Virus record (IMG/VR): IMGVR_UViG_3300046318_000529
Location: 4,190 to 68,189 of that record
Length of the DNA stretch: 64,000 bases
Direction: 5' to 3' (one strand)
Source of the DNA: a virus
In this document: positions 58,146 to 64,000 of the stretch, piece after piece
Layout of the letters: each line of letters starts with the position of its first letter
Position numbering within the stretch: position 1 is the first letter of the stretch
The notes under the pieces: model-generated
The model's database searches: none
What the model saw: the letters and a program-made list of their open reading frames with translations, nothing else
What the model was told of the DNA's origin: nothing
Made by a program: the position numbers and the translations under genes

Positions 58146-58493
58146 TCATTCTCTTGTATTTAAAAGCATATCTACGACTTCAGATAGTTCCTCATAGAAT
58201 CTTCTCTCATCTTTATACCTTGAGATAATGACCTTATTACCAGACTTACCTGATGGCATTATCAACCAATCTACGATAGTAAAAGAGTTTCCGCTCATAC
58301 AATCTACCCTTAAAATATTCTCTCCCCTCTCAATAATATAAGGTGTCCAGTACAACGATTTAACTATTCTATGTTTTTCACGGAACTGTGAGTCTAGATC
58401 TAACAAACCTTCAATACAAGGTGCAACAGCTAAAGCAACATCTAGTTTAGCTTCCTCTTCTCCAAGCTTACCATTCCTCTCAAATTGAAACAT
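58146..58493 (-). CDS. hypothetical protein
   Basis: GAGGTG RBS. Confidence 0.6.
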   Translation of the reverse strand: MFQFERNGKLGEEEAKLDVALAVAPCIEGLLDLDSQFREKHRIVKSLYWTPYIIERGENILRVDCMSGNSFTIVDWLIMPSGKSGNKVIISRYKDERRFYEELSEVVDMLLNTRE

Positions 58494-58563
58494 ATCACAC
58501 CTCTTTAATTTATAAATCCAACTTACTTCTGAACCCTAATAACACTGGGAACCTAGGCACATC

Positions 58564-58800
58564 TTATGCCCCATAATCAGTGTACTTTAATTTTATAAGT
58601 TTACCTATCAAGTTGTCCCTTGTCAACCAAAACTTCACCCTTTCTTCGCCTGTGAAGCCACTCCCACTGTTCATCCAAAAAATTACTGCAGTATTGTAGT
58701 ACAAGCCCGTCTGACATGAGAAAGCTGTAGATGTAGCCGTCATCCCATAGCAACCCTCTTTCTTTATAAGCTTCATATAATTATCCATCTTTTTCCTCAC
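58564..58800 (-). CDS. hypothetical protein
   Basis: ORF in operon. Confidence 0.55.
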   Translation of the reverse strand: MRKKMDNYMKLIKKEGCYGMTATSTAFSCQTGLYYNTAVIFWMNSGSGFTGEERVKFWLTRDNLIGKLIKLKYTDYGA

Positions 58801-59014
58801 TTAGGCTGCCTATCTCATCCCAGTCACCGTCAGATAAAGCTAGAGCATAAGCTAATATCTTTTCTTTTATGACCGTCTCATCTTTCTCTAGCCAATCTAT
58901 ACCTGCCTTCCAACTAAAAATATTATAACCTAATACACCGTTCTTTATTATGAGATAGGAAACACCGTCATCCCTGCACCCTGTTGTTTCAATATAGCTG
59001 TATGTATCCGCCAT
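58781..59014 (-). CDS. hypothetical protein
   Basis: AGGGG RBS. Confidence 0.55.
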   Translation of the reverse strand: MADTYSYIETTGCRDDGVSYLIIKNGVLGYNIFSWKAGIDWLEKDETVIKEKILAYALALSDGDWDEIGSLSEEKDG

Positions 59015-59025
59015 GTTATATCCCC

Positions 59026-59229
59026 TTAATCATTAATATTTCTAACCTTAGGCACCTTATAGTCTGTCTCATACCATCCTTTGCCCACTAACCTAAACAC
59101 AGTAGGTGTGATCATCTTAGACACCTCACCTGAGCAGTTTTCACAAACCTTAAGCGGCTCCTCTGATATTTTCTGAAACTTTTCAACAACTTGCGAGCAG
59201 TTATTACATTTGTATGTGTAAGTAGGCAT
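59026..59229 (-). CDS. FmdB-family zinc-ribbon protein
   Basis: MPTYTYKCNNC...CENC...F.L.G.GWYETDY. Confidence 0.9.
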   Translation of the reverse strand: MPTYTYKCNNCSQVVEKFQKISEEPLKVCENCSGEVSKMITPTVFRLVGKGWYETDYKVPKVRNIND

Positions 59230-59261
59230 AGTTTAATCTTCTCTGTTTCTTAGTAGGCCTA

Positions 59262-59290
59262 ATACTACATCAAAAATATTTTCATTGCAA
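59262..59290 (-). promoter_or_regulatory. sigma70-like promoter for the replication arm
   Basis: TTGCAA-17 nt-TAGTAT on - strand; divergent TTGTTT-17-TAGTAT at 59294-59322. Confidence 0.55.
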
Positions 59291-59353
59291 GGCTTGTTTT
59301 TTAAATAAATAGAGATTAGTATTATCTCAACGAAACAACAGGCAAGGCACAAT

Positions 59354-59626
59354 ATGACAAATGCAGACTTCTATAAAAACATGCTTTACTTTGACGGCAC
59401 AGTTTACCACTACAACACTGAGACAGAGGCTTGCAATGCCTTTATGTCAGTATTAGCAGAGGAAGGTGTTCCTGATGGATACCACTACACTATGCCAATA
59501 ACAATAGAGAAATTTTCCCATTGGATAAGCGTAGATGAGAGAAGAGTTCTTGACATTATGTTGAATGAGATGGATAATCAGCAAATGGGATTGTTGAGTA
59601 AGAAAAAGGAGGAGAGAAGTGTATGA
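59354..59626 (+). CDS. hypothetical protein
   Basis: 90-aa ORF coupled to next gene. Confidence 0.55.
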   Translation: MTNADFYKNMLYFDGTVYHYNTETEACNAFMSVLAEEGVPDGYHYTMPITIEKFSHWISVDERRVLDIMLNEMDNQQMGLLSKKKEERSV

Positions 59627-59991
59627 CAGAATTGCCTAGCTTTGATGAGTTAGTTAAATTACACAAATCGTCACCAGATGAGCTAGAAGCCCTTAGATTG
59701 AGTCTTATCGAAGAGGTGATACTTAGTGCACCTGAGGAGAAGCAAGCGCGTTTAAGGGGCTTACAGTTCCAAATAGACGCACAAAGGTCTATGGCTAAGA
59801 ATCCTATTGATGCAACTGTAAGGATTAGTCGTATGTTGCAGGACAGTTTTGTTAAGCTAAGAGCAGCTTTAGAAGTAGTACAAGGTAAAGACGCCAACAA
59901 ACAGACGATACCGCAAAGTAATCCCGAAAGGTTACAAAGTAATCCCGAAAGGTTACAAAGTAATGTGGTAAGTTTTAAGAAAGATACTTAA
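59623..59991 (+). CDS. DUF3135-like protein
   Basis: LPSFDEL...P..LE.LR...RLRGLQFQID...NP. Confidence 0.8.
   Translation: MTELPSFDELVKLHKSSPDELEALRLSLIEEVILSAPEEKQARLRGLQFQIDAQRSMAKNPIDATVRISRMLQDSFVKLRAALEVVQGKDANKQTIPQSNPERLQSNPERLQSNVVSFKKDT
59914..59964 (+). repeat. 21-bp tandem repeat x2.4
   Basis: CAAAGTAATCCCGAAAGGTTA repeated, encoding QSNPERL. Confidence 0.9.
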
Positions 59992-60001
59992 TAGGTGTTT
60001 T

Positions 60002-60226
60002 ATGAATAAAATGATTAAAAGGCTGGACAATGGTGATTTCGAGGTGTTAGAAGTGGTCTCAAGCAATGAGCCGTCATCAAGCCATCTCTCTAAATATCCC
60101 GAAGGGGTCTCTGAAGGGGATGAGACGTCAGGCCATCTCTCTAAAGATGAGATCAATTGCAGTGACATTCCAGAGCTAGGTGATGAATTTTGGGATGAGG
60201 CTGTTTGTACAAACAGCTTGGCTTAA
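60002..60226 (+). CDS. small acidic protein with BrnA-like DIPEL.DEFW motif
   Basis: SDIPELGDEFWDEA. Confidence 0.45.
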   Translation: MNKMIKRLDNGDFEVLEVVSSNEPSSSHLSKYPEGVSEGDETSGHLSKDEINCSDIPELGDEFWDEAVCTNSLA

Positions 60227-60852
60227 TTCTTTACAGATTTAGCAAGTAAACAAAACCCCTAGGTGAGGAATTCACTAAAGTCCTGAATGATAATTTAGAT
60301 ACGTTATATAGGTCTTAGAAGATGATATATTGGGAAAATAATTTTTTAGGTGATTGAGATATTTATCGAAACTTACCGCTTCGCGTTAACAAAACTTACA
60401 TGTAAACTAAGGCAACCCAACTTTGTTGGTATACAAATTTACACATAAGCTAACATTAAGTTACACTTATACCTTGCTTGTTGTGTAGTGTAATTGAACA
60501 AGCTTTGTTTGTAAGCGTGTCTAAAGGCTCGCCAGTAGCTCAAATTGACGTCTAAAATGATAGGGAATGGGTAAGGTAGGGTAAGAAAACACAACCACCT
60601 AGAAACGCTTTTAAATGCTTTGTTCAATATGTGCAATACGTCACATTTTTAATGTGTATAGCTTGCTTTGTTTGTAGTGCATACTATAATTAAATTAAGA
60701 ACACGGAGTGTCATGCGAAGCAAATGAAAGAAGATAAACAAATCTAGGTAAGAATATGTTAGAACTAATCATAACCTACACATTAGCAATAGAAGTGGTT
60801 ATTTTTACGGTCGGAAAGATGCGCGGTTACTAATAATAACCTGATAGAACGA

Positions 60853-60880
60853 CAAAACCCGCTTAGATGCGGGTTGTTTG
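60853..60880 (-). terminator. terminator hairpin
   Basis: AACCCGC-TTAGAT-GCGGGTT flanked by A-rich and T-rich tracts. Confidence 0.6.
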
Positions 60881-60897
60881 TTGCTTGTTGCTTTTGT

Positions 60898-61260
60898 CTA
60901 GTTATTTCTACATATAACTTTTATAGTGTCACGATTGTTATAAACTATCTTAGTGATTGCATAGTCTAGCCATTCCCTAAATGAACAATCAACTTGATAA
61001 GTTAACCAGCCGAATATAATACTTTTTGTAACAGTTTGTGGCACTGCTAAATAATCTATATTGTATTTATCACAAAAAAGCATATTAGAATACTCACCCA
61101 TATCTTTTTGTCCTATACCAATTATTTTATGACTAAGCATACCTGTCCCAGTCACGTGACTGTAAGCACTACTTGTTAGACATAAAACACTATTATAGCA
61201 TAGTTTTTTGTCTAATATCGTTTGATACAGCACCTTGCTTAAGTCTAGTTCTAATTTCAT
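60898..61260 (-). CDS. hypothetical protein
   Basis: GAGGG RBS; coupled ORF. Confidence 0.55.
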   Translation of the reverse strand: MKLELDLSKVLYQTILDKKLCYNSVLCLTSSAYSHVTGTGMLSHKIIGIGQKDMGEYSNMLFCDKYNIDYLAVPQTVTKSIIFGWLTYQVDCSFREWLDYAITKIVYNNRDTIKVICRNN

Positions 61261-61454
61261 TTAATAACCCTCTCGTTAAGTTCTTGCGACATTCTTAATA
61301 TTTCATCGTCTCTCTCCTGACTTTTTAGCAACTTCTTTAATTTAACAAAGTTATCATAGTTTAAATTCATATAAACACTTTCTCCTTCTTTTGACAAGAC
61401 TTTTATCTTGATTTCGCTTCTTATTTCTGATAAATCAACTAACATAATTACCAC
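61257..61454 (-). CDS. hypothetical protein
   Basis: Small ORF. Confidence 0.5.
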   Translation of the reverse strand: MVIMLVDLSEIRSEIKIKVLSKEGESVYMNLNYDNFVKLKKLLKSQERDDEILRMSQELNERVIK

Positions 61455-61700
61455 CCTCTATTTTAGCTTGTTCGTTCATAAAAACTCACAAAATTAAAAT
61501 TACAATTAAATCCCTTCTATCTCATAGCCGTCAATATTTTGATTTTCTATATCAATTGTAAAGTGTGATCTAGTATTGTTACTTTTTGCTTATCCTCTGT
61601 ATATTCAATCGGGCAATTTAAGGCCTCATTAAAACTATTGGCGTAGAATAAAACTTCATTAACAATTTTTTGACCTTCTGAAATATTCATAACTTAATTC

Positions 61701-62177
61701 CTAAAAATCATTAGCGTTAGTTATTAAATAACCATTTAATTTATAAACAGTACCCTCTAACATTAAATCACGACCGAAAGCTCTATAGTCTAAATAATGT
61801 AAAATAGTTTCTGGCACACTATAGCATTCAGTCATTAGACCGTAAGCGTAATCATCTAATGATTCAGATGAAACACAAACATCTTCAAACTTATCAAGTG
61901 CATAACTGATATCATGACCGCAACTTAGCAAGAATTCGACAGCTGTCAGTTGTTCTTCAGTCATATTTTCTAGTGTATCAGCAATATCAAATGATTCTTC
62001 TATATTACATTGTGTTACTTTCATACTATTAAAAATAACACTATTGAAATCAGCATCTAATAAATCGATCTCAAACTCTTCAGCACTTGTTGACAATAAA
62101 CCTTCTTCATACTCATCAAAACTAGAAAATTGAAAGCTTCTGTAATCACTGTTGTAAGGTCTTGCGTATAGTTTCAT
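61701..62177 (-). CDS. ardA: ArdA-like antirestriction DNA-mimic protein
   Basis: Highly acidic; EEFEI, VPETILHYLDYRAFGRDL; AGGAG RBS. Confidence 0.75.
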   Translation of the reverse strand: MKLYARPYNSDYRSFQFSSFDEYEEGLLSTSAEEFEIDLLDADFNSVIFNSMKVTQCNIEESFDIADTLENMTEEQLTAVEFLLSCGHDISYALDKFEDVCVSSESLDDYAYGLMTECYSVPETILHYLDYRAFGRDLMLEGTVYKLNGYLITNANDF

Positions 62178-62518
62178 TTGTTTACTCCTAGTCAGTTAAT
62201 AATCATTTCCTTCCATGTTTAAATTATAACTTATCACAAAAATATAGCAATCTTAAATGGGTAATGAAATGTAAGATAAGGTAACAACTTGTTAAGTGTC
62301 TACAAGGTATCATTGCTTCGCATGCACTCTATAAGAGTGTCATTTAGGCGTTTAAAATGATAGGGAAGGGGTAAGTGGGGGGTAACAGGTAGAGCAGTCT
62401 TAAACGACGCTATAGGTGGGTTTAAGGTTTATTGTGTATAAATGTAACAAGGGCTAGCAATAACAATCAATCAATACTATATTTAATACATGAGAAGATA
62501 ATAACTGAGGACAAACAA

Positions 62519-62707
62519 ATGAAAATACTTAAAATGATTGTAGAGTTGTTCAGCTTAGAAAATGAAGATGTTGTGATCATGGAACAGTTAGAGTTAGAAT
62601 TAGCAGTTGAAAGAGTTAGACAATTGAGACTAAGTAAAGAGATTATGCAAGAGTTATCAGATGCTGAAGCAGCACAACAAAAGTATCACACTTTGAGTGA
62701 CGTATGA
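62519..62707 (+). CDS. hypothetical protein
   Basis: GAGGA RBS before ATG 62519 (MKILKM). Confidence 0.5.
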   Translation: MKILKMIVELFSLENEDVVIMEQLELELAVERVRQLRLSKEIMQELSDAEAAQQKYHTLSDV

Positions 62708-62740
62708 AACGATAATAGTTTAGCTAACTAATTTTAAGGA

Positions 62741-62965
62741 GTGATGATGATGAATAACAAAGAACTTAAAACTAAAGTTAAAGAGTATTTAAATAAATGT
62801 AGTTTATATAATGTTAAAGAAATATATCTACAAGGAATACACAATGTGACTAATCAGTTTAATAATGATAATGAACTATATGATAAGTACAAAGAAGAAT
62901 TTTATAATCAGAGTTATAAGATATTAGGACTAGCGATAATTGAGACATTATATTATGAAGAATAA
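62741..62965 (+). CDS. hypothetical protein
   Basis: AAGGAG RBS. Confidence 0.5.
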   Translation: MMMMNNKELKTKVKEYLNKCSLYNVKEIYLQGIHNVTNQFNNDNELYDKYKEEFYNQSYKILGLAIIETLYYEE

Positions 62966-63289
62966 AATTATTAGTAAAGCTGATTATCAGAAAATGATAG
63001 ATAGAAATATCAATAAGTTAAAAGCTTATCACTTTGTGACACGTAGTGATAGTGAGATTAGTATAAATAAAGGTTTAATAGTAAACATAAAAATATAAGG
63101 CGGTAAATGTATGAGTAAGCTAACATTAGTAGACTATAAAATAATAACATTAGTAACATTGTGGATAATATTATCGAGATGTATAGAGACTATAATTATG
63201 ACATCATTTTGATATAGATTATTATCATCGTTATTGTTATCATTATGTAAGCTTATATTAATAGTATATCAGTGTAAGCTTATAGACGT

Positions 63290-63395
63290 TACTACTATTA
63301 TAATTATTATTATTACTATTATAATTACTACTACTACTATCATCGTTATTATTATAATTACTACTACTACTATTATTATTATTACTATAACTACT
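63290..63395. repeat. low-complexity ATT/ACT triplet tract
   Basis: Runs of ATT, ACT and ATA triplets. Confidence 0.85.
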
Positions 63396-64000
63396 AGTTC
63401 CTTCGCTATTGATTCGCTGTTGAGTCCTTATGCCGCAAGGCTTTGCGTCAAAAGCTTCACACTATATGGGATGGTCACTGATTATTTAACGAAATCACCC
63501 TGCCCGCTAGATGTAGTTTTGCCATGTTTGTTTTTATGTCATTTTATAGTCGATTAATTACTAAATATATACAACATAGTGACTAACTGTTTATGTTGTT
63601 GTTCTACTCACTCATTCGCGTTACACGCTCATTCGTTCGTCTTACGCGTAGCGTCTTAAAGCGTAAGCAAGTATCAAATATATACAACATAATATGACTA
63701 CTACTACATTGTTGGTCACCAATAACACTATTGACAACATCATTAAAGTGTGATAGCAGCATCTAACAATCAACAATTTAGCTTTTTAATATAACCAGTA
63801 ATAAGTATTACTGGTGGTAAGAACTGTAACAAGGGTCTATGTTCACGGTAAGTGATTGATCTATACAGTCAGCATAGTTGATTCTCACAGTTAACATAAC
63901 AAAAGTAGACAGACTCTGTATAAAGCGTTTTAAGGCATGTTGTAGGCTTAGGCATAGGTTGATATAGGTAAACAGTTTAAACCTTGTTTAAGGCTATTGT

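Noticed and set aside
59914-59964. Possible mini CRISPR array
   Set aside because: Tandem 21-mers with no spacers, inside a CDS, and no cas genes.
60230-60317. Frameshifted remnant reading ...LASKQ/PLGEEFTKVLNDNLDTLYRS
   Set aside because: Resembles a small phage protein from memory only; too short to support without a search.
63234-63557. 107-aa Ile/Thr-rich ORF
   Set aside because: Produced by the ATT/ACT low-complexity tract; no RBS.
1-64000. tRNA genes, integrase/repressor, retron RT, alternative genetic code
   Set aside because: No cloverleaf, recombinase or RT motifs were recognised by eye, and genes are intact under the standard code. A tRNAscan run would be needed to be certain.

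Overview
This window is most or all of the genome of a lytic-looking tailed dsDNA phage of a Gram-negative host (overlapping Rz/Rz1-type spanins, no integrase or repressor seen). It combines a contractile-tail (myovirus) virion module (DUF3383 sheath, baseplate J, spike) with T7-superfamily enzymes: a single-subunit RNA polymerase, a family A DNA polymerase, a primase-helicase and a 5'-3' exonuclease. Layout: nucleotide-metabolism and early genes on + (0.3-12.5 kb); packaging, head, tail, fibre and lysis genes on + (12.7-48.6 kb); replication arm on - (48.6-59.2 kb); small early genes including ArdA, and AT-rich repeats (59-64 kb). Most notable observations: (1) a highly structured ~270-nt non-coding element beside an independently promoted PD-(D/E)XK nuclease, inserted between the tail tube and tail chaperone genes; (2) a third, compact Pol A-fold protein upstream of the RNAP; (3) a group I intron with an HNH ORF that splits the tape-measure gene, with splice sites resolved; (4) a putative phage RNAP promoter (AATTAATGTCGACTATA), including a perfect 25-bp divergent pair; (5) a Leu-starting class 3 intein in TerL; (6) a promoter-driven pseudoknot RNA at 44.3 kb; (7) a -1 frameshift tail chaperone. 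All assignments come from reading motifs by eye. No database search or folding program was run.
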